Assembly (NCBI GenBank): GCA_019236695.1
Contig: JAFAIN010000154.1
Location: 1-48,915, forward strand
Length of the DNA stretch: 48,915 nucleotides
Origin: Acidobacteriota bacterium
GTDB lineage: Bacteria > Acidobacteriota > Terriglobia > Terriglobales > Acidobacteriaceae
Direction: 5' to 3'
The translations under genes and the position numbers were made by a program. The notes below the pieces were generated by a model. It searched no databases. It was not told the origin of the DNA and was given only the letters and a program-made list of their open reading frames with translations. Of the stretch, positions 1 through 8,533 are shown in pieces (position 1 is the first letter of the stretch; the number at the start of each line of letters is the position of its first letter).

Positions 1-477
1 CGGCGCCTGCATCTGCTGCGGTTGCGGCGGCTGCGCCGCGCCCTGCTGCGGCGAGCTTCCGGAAGCCTGGCCCGCCTGGATGGATTGCAACGCCCCGCCC
101 ATGTCGGTGAGCTGGCGGTTCACCGTCGCCACCCGCGCTTTCAACTCGTCCACCGAGTCATTGAGCGCCTGGATCTGCGATGACAACTGGTCCACTTTCC
201 CGCCGGTGGCCTGCTGCTGCTGCTGCAACTGCCGGTCCAGCGCGGTCTGCAGGTTGTTCACCGTAACCGCCATCTTGTTCACGTTGTCGGCGCTCTGCTC
301 CACCAGGTTCTTCATCACGCCCATGCGCTCGTCAATGGACTGCTGCATCTGCTGAAGCTGCGTCTGCAGGTTCTGCACCATGGTCTGCAGCGCGACCATA
401 TCCTTGTTCGCCGACTGCGTAGCCGGGGCCATGATCAGGGCGGCAACCACGCCGAGGAGAAATATGCGAGTTTTCAT
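1..477 (-). CDS. cpoB: Tol-Pal system protein CpoB/YbgF, N-terminal part (3' end runs off the left window edge)
   Basis: Minus-strand frame is open from ATG at 477-475 to position 1 with no stop; it is absent from the ORF track because it is edge-truncated. My translation is MKTRIFLLGVVAALIMAPATQSANKDMVALQTMVQNLQTQLQQMQQSIDERM...LQQQQQATGGKVDQLSSQIQALNDSVDELKARVATVNRQL, i.e. a signal peptide followed by a Q-rich coiled coil. GGAAGG lies 6 nt upstream of the ATG. The gene directly follows tolB-pal in canonical order. The TPR part would lie outside the window, so the call rests on synteny plus N-terminal architecture. Confidence 0.6.
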   Translation of the reverse strand, partial: MKTRIFLLGVVAALIMAPATQSANKDMVALQTMVQNLQTQLQQMQQSIDERMGVMKNLVEQSADNVNKMAVTVNNLQTALDRQLQQQQQATGGKVDQLSSQIQALNDSVDELKARVATVNRQLTDMGGALQSIQAGQASGSSPQQGAAQPPQPQQMQAP

Positions 478-587
478 CCGTAACCTTCCTGCCGGGAGCC
501 TGCTGTGGGCCTTCGCCGGGCCTTGGCATCAGCGCACCCCCCGCGGGCAGCCCCCAAACGGCCGCGCAACCGCGGGGCGCCATAAAG

Positions 588-1346
588 CTATTGCATGCCT
601 CCGCCCAGCGTGAAGTGATCGCGCCGGTTCTGCTGCCAGCATGATTCAGTGCTCTCCGTGCAGAACGGCTTCTCCTTGCCGTAGCTGATCGTATTGAGCT
701 GCGGCGCCGGAACCCCAAGCTGCACCAGCGCATCCTTCACCGCGCGGGCACGGTTATCGCCCAGCGTCAGGTTGTATTCGGTCGAGCCGCGCTCGTCGCA
801 ATGGCCTTCGATCGAAACTTTCGCGTCGGGATGCTGCTTGAACCATTGCGCGTCACGCTGCAGCGCGGCCTGCTGGTCGGGCCGAATGCTGAAGCTGTCG
901 TAATCAAAGTAGATGTCGCCTTTATCCTGCACGTTGTTGCGGAATGAATCGGCCAGGCTCTCGGGAGGGGCCGTGGTCACGGCCGGCGGAGGCGCGGGCT
1001 TCGCATTCACGGTCAGGCGCGCCGTCTGCTCGGCGGTTCCGCCCGGTCCGGTGGCGGTGAGGTGATAAGTGGTCGATTCATTGGGCGATACCGCCTGCTG
1101 CCCGCTCAGGTCAACCTTGCCGATCGGATCAATCGTCACCGAGACGGCATTCTCGGAAGACCATGCCAGCGTGGCCGAATCGCCCTGCATGATGGTCGCA
1201 GGATTCACCGAAAGCTGCGCCGAGGGCGTAGGCGGGGGCGGCGGCGGCGTTTGTGGCGCGACCGCCACAGGCTTCTTCTTGCATCCCGCTAGCAGAATGA
1301 CGATGAGCAATGCCAGCAGTGTGATCCGCAGCGAGTTCTTCTTCAC
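588..1346 (-). CDS. pal: Peptidoglycan-associated lipoprotein Pal (OmpA-type C-terminal domain) with an extra N-terminal beta-rich domain
   Basis: 252-aa ORF with a GTG start 6 nt after GGGAGG. Lipobox LLAGC in MKKNSLRITLLALLIVILLAGCKKK. C-terminal OmpA/Pal signature DIYFDYDSFSIRPD...IEGHCDERGSTEYNLTLGDNRARAVKDAL...ISYGKEKP. Located between tolB and cpoB. Confidence 0.9.
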   Translation of the reverse strand: MKKNSLRITLLALLIVILLAGCKKKPVAVAPQTPPPPPPTPSAQLSVNPATIMQGDSATLAWSSENAVSVTIDPIGKVDLSGQQAVSPNESTTYHLTATGPGGTAEQTARLTVNAKPAPPPAVTTAPPESLADSFRNNVQDKGDIYFDYDSFSIRPDQQAALQRDAQWFKQHPDAKVSIEGHCDERGSTEYNLTLGDNRARAVKDALVQLGVPAPQLNTISYGKEKPFCTESTESCWQQNRRDHFTLGGGMQ

Positions 1347-1408
1347 CTCAGACCTCCCAATCTTTCTTTATCAATATGAACCTACGAAGCCGTAATTGTA
1401 TTACCAAC

Positions 1409-1547
1409 GGGTGCCGGGTGCCGGGTGCGGGGTGTCGGGTGCCGGTCCAGCCCGATACCCGATACCCGCCACCTGATACCCAAGCCCGACACCCGATACC
1501 CGACGGCCGATACCCGACGGCCGATGCCCTTGCCCCTTGCCCCCCGC
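1409..1547. repeat. Short-period repeat block in the tolB-pal spacer: (GGGTGCC)n arm, (CCCGATA/CCCGACA)n arm, 2x CCCGACGGCCGA, then GCCCTTGCCCCTTGCCCC
   Basis: Read directly: gggtgccgggtgccgggtgcggggtgtcgggtgccgg (1409-1446), followed by cccgatacccgatacccgccacctgatacccaagcccgacacccgatacccgacggccgatacccgacggccgatgcccttgccccttgcccc. The two arms are imperfect reverse complements. All ORFs across it are low-complexity (PDTRYP...). Confidence 0.8.
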
Positions 1548-1549
1548 CC

Positions 1550-2929
1550 TTACTTGCTCCAGCTCGGCTGGGTGTTGCAGCCCGAATGCGTAATCTGCCG
1601 CGGCTTGTCGCCGCTGGCCAGCATGGTCCAGATCTGCTCGCAGGCTCTGCCCGGCTTCGATTGATAGGCAATGTGCCTCCCATCGGGCGACCATGAAGGA
1701 TAATCATTGCGGCCGGCGTTGTGCGTCAGTTGTTCCCAGTGCGAAGGATTCGCGATATCCATAATGTAAATATCGGGCGCTCCGGGCGCTCCGGGGCCAT
1801 AGCGCCGGTCCCACGAAAATGCCAGGAAGGGCACGGTGGGCGACCATGCCGGCGAAACTGCATAGCCGCCATCGGTGAGCCGCTGCACATTGGTGCCGTC
1901 CGCTTCCATCTCAAAAATCTGCGGCACCGATCTCCCGGGGTCGCTGGCCCGGCCGCTCACCCACACGATCTGCGCGCCCGTCTTGGGATTCCATACCGGC
2001 TGCGTGTCGGGCCCGCGGTATGCGGTCACCCGCCGCGGCGCGGTGCACGAAGAAGCTTCGCAGATGTAGATCTCGGGATCGCCCGACATCGAGGAGGAAA
2101 ACGCCAGCCGGGCTCCGTCAGGCGACCAGGAAGGCGCGCTGTTGGTCCCGGCAAAACGCGGGAAGCTAACCATGCGCCCCAGCTCCACCGAGTACATTGC
2201 GATATCGGGCTTGCCTTGCGCATAGCTGGTGAAGGCCACGCGGCTGCCGTCAGGCGAAGCCGCGGGCGACAGCGCAATGGAATTCAAATGCGTAAGCTGG
2301 CGCTGGTTGGCGCCGTCGTAATCCATCGCCCACAATTCTTTTGCGGCGCCGGGGCCGTTGCTGTGGATGAAATAGATTTTGCTCTCCGCAATTCCCGGCA
2401 GCCCGCCGCCCAGCCGCTGGATGATGGCATCGGCAAAGCGATGCGCTACCACCCGTGCGTTCTGCTCGCTGGCCTGCTCGTGGTATTCCCGGCCCAGCAC
2501 CGGCGGGGCCTGCGGATTTTTGGCGTCCAGCAGCCATCCAAACACGGTGAGCTGATCCGCGCTTGCGCCCACATTCCCCACCGTAACCATGGTGGCATTC
2601 ACCGGCGCATTTGCCCACGCATTCATCGCCGGGCATCCCGGCGTGCCCGCGCACAATTCCTGCGGCGTAGCCGGAACAGCCGACGGATACAGGCTTTTGG
2701 AAACCAGGTCGAAGATGCCGGCCTGGTCGAGGTCGGACCATAGCGTATCGTTGAAAACTCTTTGCAGGGCAGCCGTGCCCGCTTCCGAATTCGCCGCTTT
2801 GAAGTCGGGCGCCGCCAGCCGCATCTGCACGCCAAGATTGGTGCCGGTTTTGAAGAATCCCTGCTCCTGTGCCATCAGGGCGATGGCCGGGAAAAGCATA
2901 AGCAGAAGGCCGCTTACTCCTCGTCTCAC
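1550..2929 (-). CDS. tolB: Tol-Pal system beta-propeller protein TolB
   Basis: 459-aa ORF with a GTG start. Signal peptide MRRGVSGLLLMLFPAIALMAQ. Repeated propeller blades carry the recurrent WSPDG motif (APSWSPDGARLAFSS, VSPAWSP, YPSWSPDGRHIAYQS). Lies upstream of pal. Confidence 0.9.
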   Translation of the reverse strand: MRRGVSGLLLMLFPAIALMAQEQGFFKTGTNLGVQMRLAAPDFKAANSEAGTAALQRVFNDTLWSDLDQAGIFDLVSKSLYPSAVPATPQELCAGTPGCPAMNAWANAPVNATMVTVGNVGASADQLTVFGWLLDAKNPQAPPVLGREYHEQASEQNARVVAHRFADAIIQRLGGGLPGIAESKIYFIHSNGPGAAKELWAMDYDGANQRQLTHLNSIALSPAASPDGSRVAFTSYAQGKPDIAMYSVELGRMVSFPRFAGTNSAPSWSPDGARLAFSSSMSGDPEIYICEASSCTAPRRVTAYRGPDTQPVWNPKTGAQIVWVSGRASDPGRSVPQIFEMEADGTNVQRLTDGGYAVSPAWSPTVPFLAFSWDRRYGPGAPGAPDIYIMDIANPSHWEQLTHNAGRNDYPSWSPDGRHIAYQSKPGRACEQIWTMLASGDKPRQITHSGCNTQPSWSK

Positions 2930-3304
2930 GGTTCAATTGTACTCACTCAGCCCGCTCCCCAGAGTGATGAACCCCAGCGAAACGATGAGGTAAACGATTC
3001 GGGAATTGAGTAATTTTGCCGGCACAAAGTTTTTCCCTACCGCTCCTTCGGCAATAACGGAAAAAACTTGACGGCTCAATTACAAAATTCCTTTGATTCC
3101 TCGTAGCGAAATAAATACGAACATTTCCCTTGATTTCCACAGGCCGGTTCCTCTACTCTGGTGCTTAGACGCGTGCGTGGTAGTGTCGGCCCTTCCAGCT
3201 ATTTACTGAGTAGTAAAAAACCTTCAAAAACCGCCTTCACTGCAATTTTTCACTGACTGCAGTGAGAGAATTGTTACCAGTTAGTAAACTTTTGGCCCTT
3301 TTTC

Positions 3305-3733
3305 ATGGCTGACCGCACCTTCACTCTCGCCCAGGCAACCGCGCTCCTGCCCGTTCTTGAAGGCCTGTTGCGGCAAGCTATGCAGGCCAGGCGTGAAGCC
3401 GGGCAAATCGAGAATGAATTCGCCGCTCTTGCCGAACGCGCCCACCAGACCGGCGGAATCACGATAAAACTGCGGCATTGCCTCGATCGCCGTGCCCTTT
3501 GCGTCCAGGCAATTCGGCGCATCAAAGATGCGCTCTCCGAAATTGATGCTGCCGGCGTTCAGGTCAAAGACCTCGATATTGGCCTGCTCGATTTTCCTTT
3601 CGCGCTCAATGATCGGTTGGTGCTGCTGTGCTGGAGGCTGGGCGAACCCGCTATCGAACACTGGCATGGAATAGATGAAGGTTTCGCCGCGCGCAAGCCG
3701 ATCGACGAACGCTTTGCCGGCCCGGCGCAATGA
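3305..3733 (+). CDS. DUF2203 family protein
   Basis: 142-aa ORF. The N-terminus FTLAQATALLPVLEGLL and C-terminal block GVQVKDLDIGLLDFPFALNDRLVLLCWRLGEPAIEHWHGIDEGFAARKPI match the DUF2203 pattern as I remember it. Good GC3 bias. The overlapping minus-strand ORF 3281-3781 shows no such features. Confidence 0.75.
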   Translation: MADRTFTLAQATALLPVLEGLLRQAMQARREAGQIENEFAALAERAHQTGGITIKLRHCLDRRALCVQAIRRIKDALSEIDAAGVQVKDLDIGLLDFPFALNDRLVLLCWRLGEPAIEHWHGIDEGFAARKPIDERFAGPAQ

Positions 3734-3894
3734 ACTCCTTTCGAGATCGTTGATTTTTTGAGCTCGGCGTAACGCGATCAAGGCGAATGAACCTGGCCTG
3801 GCGCTGGCGGAGGCTCCGTTGATTTGCGGCGCAAAATTCCTGTGGTAAGATTCGCTGCAAATTTCCGGCAGAGTAGGGACGGTGGAGGGCTCCG

Positions 3895-5658
3895 GTGGCC
3901 ATTTCCATTCTGGCGCTGCACGCGCTGCTCTCGCTTGTAATCATTCGAGCGCTATGCTTCCGGGCCACCCTGGGGTGGCGGGCGCTTGCCGCCTTTCTGG
4001 CCTATGGATTCGTCGCCGGGCCGATTGCTGCAGGATCGATTGAGCACTTCGTCTCGCCCTATGGCTGGAACTTCACCAGCCAGTGGGCGCCGACTTTGGT
4101 CGCGCTCGTCACCTCTGGCGCACTGATGCTCGCGCTGCTGCTGCCGGTATTGTCGCTGCTGAGGCACCAGGCAATCCGGAGTTCTCTTTCGGCGGCTGAC
4201 ATTTTTTTGGCGGCATTTCTGGCGGGATACGGCTTCGATCTGCAGCAGAGCCTGTTCGCTTCCATGAATCCGGGCTCGCCGCTTACGTTCTCCATGCTGC
4301 CGCCCGGCCTGGTGGAAACCACGAGCGCCACCGCTGCCTGCTTTGCCTACCTTTGTGCTTTCCCCGCTCTCGTGCTCTCCGCGGGCAGGCGATGGCTCCC
4401 TGATCGCAAATTCAACCCCCTGTTGCTTGCGCTCGGAATCGTAATCAGCGGTGCGGTTTACGCAGCCGACACAATGGCGGCCGGAAACCAGTTGGGTGGA
4501 ACGCTGCTCGGGGGCGAATGGCCCTATTGGGCAATGATTGCGGCTTTGCTGGCGGCGCAGGCGCTCGAGGCCCGCGCCGTTCCCCAGGGAACGCCCGGCG
4601 CGATGGGAGAGTGGCGCGCCGCCATGGCGGCTCTGTTCAGCGGCGATTGGAGCGGTTCGCGGGCCGCCGCCGGGCGTTATCGGCACGCGCTCCGCCGGCA
4701 GTTGGCGCCGCCCTCATCGAACAGCCCGAACCCGGCGACGGGCCAACCATCCACTGCGCCGGCTGTGCCTGCACCCGCCGGCGTTTCCAAAGCACAGCCG
4801 GCTGCACGCGTGAGCGCCCTGATGGCATGGGTGCGCGCGCACCGCCTGCAGGCCGCGCTGGTGTTCTTTGCGGCAGCACTGGTTTTCATGCCGGGATTGC
4901 CGTGGCTCGAGCAGCTTTTCTGGACGGGCCAGGTGCCGGCACAGGGCGGGAACTACGCCGTGCCAGTGGTGCATTGGGTGGTGCAGTGGCTGCACATGCC
5001 GCTCACCGAGAGCCAGCTCAGCACGGTTTCGCTTGCGCTGCTGGCTATTGTGCTTTGGCGCTACATAACTGCGGCGGGGGCGCCGCTGCGCCGCAACGAC
5101 GTGGACCTTGCCGCCCGCTATGCCGGCGAACGCGGCACCCTGATGGCCGCGATGATCCTTTCGGTGCTGGCCATCGTCTATGGCCATCTCGAGCAGCTCT
5201 ACCGCGCCGGCGGGCAGATTGCCTGGCTGGCGGGCGCGCGATTTTCCAACCTGCCGCCCAGCGGGCTACCGACCGAAGCGTTGGCGTTTGCCGCCGTAGC
5301 CACCGGCATTGCCCTGCAGGCCGCGGACCGTTGGCGTCGCGCTCCGCTCGAGCTTCGCCGCCGCTCGGCAATTACGCGCGCCCTGCATTTCTGCGCGCTG
5401 CTGCTGGGGGCCTGGGCCGTGTTCGCGGTCGTTGGGCCAGTGGAATCGGCCCTCCATGGCTGCTGTGGCGCCAGCCTGTTTCGCTGGTTTGGAGGGAACG
5501 GCAACTCCGCGGGTGACGTGCTGATCGGGCTGTTCACGGTCGCCGTGGCCTACGGCATTTTTCGCGGCATCCGCTCGGGGGTCGCGCACCTGCTTGCATA
5601 TTTCAGCACGGATGGCCGCCCGGCGCTCGCCCCCCGCGCGCGCGCTGCGAACGGATGA
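3895..5658 (+). CDS. Polytopic integral membrane protein of unknown function (two hydrophobic halves joined by a Pro/Ala/Ser-rich linker)
   Basis: 587-aa ORF with a GTG start 5 nt after GGTGGAGGG. Many hydrophobic helices. Central linker RRQLAPPSSNSPNPATGQPSTAPAVPAPAGVSKAQPAA. Its stop (5656-5658) is 3 nt from the next ATG. No family recognised by eye. Confidence 0.65.
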   Translation: MAISILALHALLSLVIIRALCFRATLGWRALAAFLAYGFVAGPIAAGSIEHFVSPYGWNFTSQWAPTLVALVTSGALMLALLLPVLSLLRHQAIRSSLSAADIFLAAFLAGYGFDLQQSLFASMNPGSPLTFSMLPPGLVETTSATAACFAYLCAFPALVLSAGRRWLPDRKFNPLLLALGIVISGAVYAADTMAAGNQLGGTLLGGEWPYWAMIAALLAAQALEARAVPQGTPGAMGEWRAAMAALFSGDWSGSRAAAGRYRHALRRQLAPPSSNSPNPATGQPSTAPAVPAPAGVSKAQPAARVSALMAWVRAHRLQAALVFFAAALVFMPGLPWLEQLFWTGQVPAQGGNYAVPVVHWVVQWLHMPLTESQLSTVSLALLAIVLWRYITAAGAPLRRNDVDLAARYAGERGTLMAAMILSVLAIVYGHLEQLYRAGGQIAWLAGARFSNLPPSGLPTEALAFAAVATGIALQAADRWRRAPLELRRRSAITRALHFCALLLGAWAVFAVVGPVESALHGCCGASLFRWFGGNGNSAGDVLIGLFTVAVAYGIFRGIRSGVAHLLAYFSTDGRPALAPRARAANG

Positions 5659-5661
5659 GCC

Positions 5662-6294
5662 ATGGTACTGCCGGCTGCCGCATCTTCGACAAACCGCGAG
5701 CGCATCCTGCGCTGGACTGGGGCAGTCTGCGCCTCGCTCTCGCTTGCGGCCCTGGTGGGCCACGTCTTCGGCTGGATGCCAATGCCGTTTTTCCTCGAGT
5801 TCTTCGGCGTTCCCGCGTTCCTGGCGCTGTTTGCGCTAGCCGCCTACGCGCGGCGGGTGCGGGCCGATCTTTATATCAACGGGCTCTTTATCGGGCTGGC
5901 CGGAGGAGCCGCCGCCACCGTGGTCTATGACGGCGTGCGCATGCTGATTCATCATTACCGGCTGTTCGATTACAACGGCTTTGTGCCCATCCTGATGTTC
6001 GGAAGCTGGATCACGGGAAAGCCGGTCGCTTCACACGCGGCCGCCGTCGCCGGCTGGATCTACCACTACTGGAACGGGCTGGCATTCGGCGTGATGTATG
6101 CGCTGTGCCTCGGCCGCCGGCACTGGCTGTTCGGCGTAGCCTACGGAATCCTGATGGAGTGCTGCATGCTCGGGCTGTTCCCGTTTTTCCTGAAGGTGAA
6201 CAACAAATTTGATTTTGTAGCGGTCAGCATGATCGGGCACGTTTTTTATGGCGGCGTGCTGGGCGCTGTTGTGCAGCGCTTCGGCAGGCGATGA
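5662..6294 (+). CDS. Small multi-pass membrane protein of unknown function
   Basis: 210-aa ORF. Its ATG lies 3 nt after the upstream stop. About 5 hydrophobic helices and an aromatic/His-rich segment AGWIYHYWNGLAFGVMY. Its TGA overlaps the next ATG (ATGA at 6291-6294). Confidence 0.65.
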   Translation: MVLPAAASSTNRERILRWTGAVCASLSLAALVGHVFGWMPMPFFLEFFGVPAFLALFALAAYARRVRADLYINGLFIGLAGGAAATVVYDGVRMLIHHYRLFDYNGFVPILMFGSWITGKPVASHAAAVAGWIYHYWNGLAFGVMYALCLGRRHWLFGVAYGILMECCMLGLFPFFLKVNNKFDFVAVSMIGHVFYGGVLGAVVQRFGRR

Positions 6295-6815
6295 GCTGCG
6301 CGGAGGATCGAATGGTAAAAATCATGCGGCTGGTTCTCCTGGCTTCCGGGTTGTCGCTCTGGGCATCGCCGCTCTGGGCTGGCGATTGCAGCGGCCCTGA
6401 CGACTGTGGCGCCGTTCCTGACAATTTCTCGAAATCCATGGTGGTGGTCAGCATCTTTGCCGGCGCGGGGCTGGCATTCCGCAGCGCCAACGGGTCCGAT
6501 ACTCCGACCACCGTCGAGAAGAGCGGCAACGGCGATTCAGGCAGCGGCGACTGGTGGGCCGAACTGGAGGCGCCGGGTGCCTCTCCCGCGCCGGCCGGCA
6601 CACAACCTCCCGACCCAGGCGCCTTTGGCGACCCCGGCGACCTTCCCGATGAACCGTTTGATCCCGGCCCTCTTCCTCCGCCGGTTCCCGGAGGAGGAGT
6701 TCGGGTTGCCGATCCGGAACCCATTCCGATGGATCAGGGCGAGCCCGATCCGCTGGCTGACGATACGGCCAAAGGCGGCAACCCGAATTTGGGCAAACTC
6801 GGCGACGACAATTGA
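6291..6815 (+). CDS. Secreted/membrane-anchored acidic Pro/Gly/Asp-rich protein of unknown function
   Basis: 174-aa ORF with an ATGA overlap onto the upstream gene. Signal-like MRLVLLASGLSLWASPLWAG, then DCSGPDDCG, one hydrophobic helix MVVVSIFAGAGLAF, then a low-complexity tail (PPDPGAFGDPGDLPDEPFDPGPLPPPVPGG). Alternative in-frame ATGs at 6312 and 6324. Confidence 0.55.
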   Translation: MSCAEDRMVKIMRLVLLASGLSLWASPLWAGDCSGPDDCGAVPDNFSKSMVVVSIFAGAGLAFRSANGSDTPTTVEKSGNGDSGSGDWWAELEAPGASPAPAGTQPPDPGAFGDPGDLPDEPFDPGPLPPPVPGGGVRVADPEPIPMDQGEPDPLADDTAKGGNPNLGKLGDDN

Positions 6816-6838
6816 TGGATTGGCGGAAAGGAGCGGAT

Positions 6839-8488
6839 ATGCGGCTTGCGAATCGCTGCTTCAGCGTTGCTCTGGCGCTCGTGATAATCGCGTGGTCTTC
6901 GTCCAGCCTGCAGTGTCAGATTGAACGGAAGACTACGCGCATCAAGCTCCGCGTGAACAATCAATGCAACAGCACAAAGCCGGATGAAGTGGAGGTGCAG
7001 AGCTGGCTGAATGACGGCCGCGGCAACGCATCGGGCGGCAGCGCCACCATCCAGCTCACGCCCCAGGGAAACGGCGTATTTGAAGGATCGGCCACCATCT
7101 CGGTGCCGTGGGGGCCGGGGCTGGGCGACCCGAAAGACTGGAGCATTGGAAAAATACGCTCCACCACCGGCTATTACGATTATCCCGACGGTGCCCCAAT
7201 CTGCGCTGTCATAACCTGCAAGGATCGCACCTGCAAGTGCGCCAATACTAACGGGCAGCCCGCCAATGTGAACTACAAGGCAGGCAAGAATGAGCAGGTA
7301 ATTGAAATCACGTGTGGTTGCGTGACCAATGCTCCAATCATTCCGGTGGACTACTGGCCGGGCAACTCAAAACCGGTGTACCCGGAAACGGCGAGCGCCG
7401 CCACCTCGTCTCCGGCGGTCGCTGCGACATCGGCGGTCGTCGCGGCGTCGGCCGTGGCCTACACGGCTACGCTGGTAGGCGTGGTGCTTCCTTCCGACAC
7501 TCAGCCGGGCGAGGTGGCGTCGGCGACCGTGGTTACTGACCCCGCGGATTATGCGGATGTTCCCGGACTGAAGGTAGTGGAAGCCACAGTGCCGCTGGCC
7601 ACCGATTCGCACGGCACCGTATCGCTCGACGGAGTGGTTCTGCAGACGCCCGATGGCCACCGGCAGCCGGCCACCGGCCGGGTGCTGCTGCAAACCGCGG
7701 CCAGCGCGACCGAGCTGGCGCTGAACTTTCTCCGTTCCGGCGAAGATTCGCCGCTGGCCGCGAAGACGGTAGAGCTTACGCGGCCGGCCGGCGCCGCAGT
7801 CTCCACTACGGCTACGCCCGCCACCGCAGCGGTGAGCGATTACCACGCTTCGCCGGTGTGCGGCGAGGGAGCGCTGCAGGTTATCCATGGACCGCTGGGG
7901 GGCGACAGCAGCGTGACCAGAGTGCTGGTGGATGACAAGCCGGGCGCCATTGTGGCCGAGAACCGCCGTGCTGTTTATTGGCGGCTGCCGGAGAACACCG
8001 CGCCGGGAGCGCATCGTTTAGTGCTGCAGGAAGGCGAGAAGACGCTGGCGTCTTTTCCCGTGGCAGTAGTGGGACTGCGGCTGACGGCGGATCGCCTGAC
8101 GCTGGTGAAAGGCGAAACCACCACCGTGCATGCCCAGGTGCTTGGCGCGGACGCGATTCCCGATTCCGCCTGGCGCGGCGGGCTGGAGACGGCTTTGATT
8201 GATGCGGCGCACCTGCAAAAGCTTGCGCCCGGCGTTCGCGCGCCGAATGAGAAACAGCCGGGAGCGATTCTGCTGCGGCTGGAGAATGCCTCGTCGCAAT
8301 CAGTTGACCTGGCCGGCGCAAAAGGTGGCGTGATCCTGCAAACCCTGCAGAAAGGATCCTCTGCGGGCGCACCTTTCACCTATAAAGTTACGGCCAGGGA
8401 AGCGGGAGGATTCAAGATCAATGCAAACATCATCCCGATGCTGGCCCCGATTGCGGGCGAGGCAGCGCAGAACGCCGGCATGCGTTAG
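6839..8488 (+). CDS. Secreted protein with an N-terminal Cys-rich domain and C-terminal IPT/Ig-like module (paralogous to 10869-12062)
   Basis: The ORF track gives 6812-8488. I prefer ATG 6839 because GGAAAGGAG lies 6 nt upstream and it yields the signal peptide MRLANRCFSVALALVIIAWSSSSLQC. Cys-rich region (CAVITCKDRTCKCANTNG...ITCGCVTN). Ala/Ser/Thr/Val linker. C-terminal segment VIHGPLGGDSSVTRVLVDDKPGAIVAENRRAVYWRLPENTAPGAHRLVL resembles IPT/TIG topology. Confidence 0.7.
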   Translation: MRLANRCFSVALALVIIAWSSSSLQCQIERKTTRIKLRVNNQCNSTKPDEVEVQSWLNDGRGNASGGSATIQLTPQGNGVFEGSATISVPWGPGLGDPKDWSIGKIRSTTGYYDYPDGAPICAVITCKDRTCKCANTNGQPANVNYKAGKNEQVIEITCGCVTNAPIIPVDYWPGNSKPVYPETASAATSSPAVAATSAVVAASAVAYTATLVGVVLPSDTQPGEVASATVVTDPADYADVPGLKVVEATVPLATDSHGTVSLDGVVLQTPDGHRQPATGRVLLQTAASATELALNFLRSGEDSPLAAKTVELTRPAGAAVSTTATPATAAVSDYHASPVCGEGALQVIHGPLGGDSSVTRVLVDDKPGAIVAENRRAVYWRLPENTAPGAHRLVLQEGEKTLASFPVAVVGLRLTADRLTLVKGETTTVHAQVLGADAIPDSAWRGGLETALIDAAHLQKLAPGVRAPNEKQPGAILLRLENASSQSVDLAGAKGGVILQTLQKGSSAGAPFTYKVTAREAGGFKINANIIPMLAPIAGEAAQNAGMR

Positions 8489-8533
8489 GCTTCCTTTCCG
8501 TCATTCACAGCGGGAGGCGCGGAGGCGCGCAGG

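Noticed and set aside
332-733. 133-aa minus-strand ORF bridging the pal 3' end, the spacer and the cpoB 5' end.
   Set aside because: It overlaps two well-supported genes in other frames and has Arg/Ala-rich composition. It is spurious.
3281-3781. 166-aa minus-strand ORF overlapping the DUF2203 gene.
   Set aside because: The plus-strand frame carries the DUF2203 hallmark block (LLDFPF...LLCWRLGEPAIEHWH...GFAARKPI) and better codon bias. The minus-strand product has no recognisable features.
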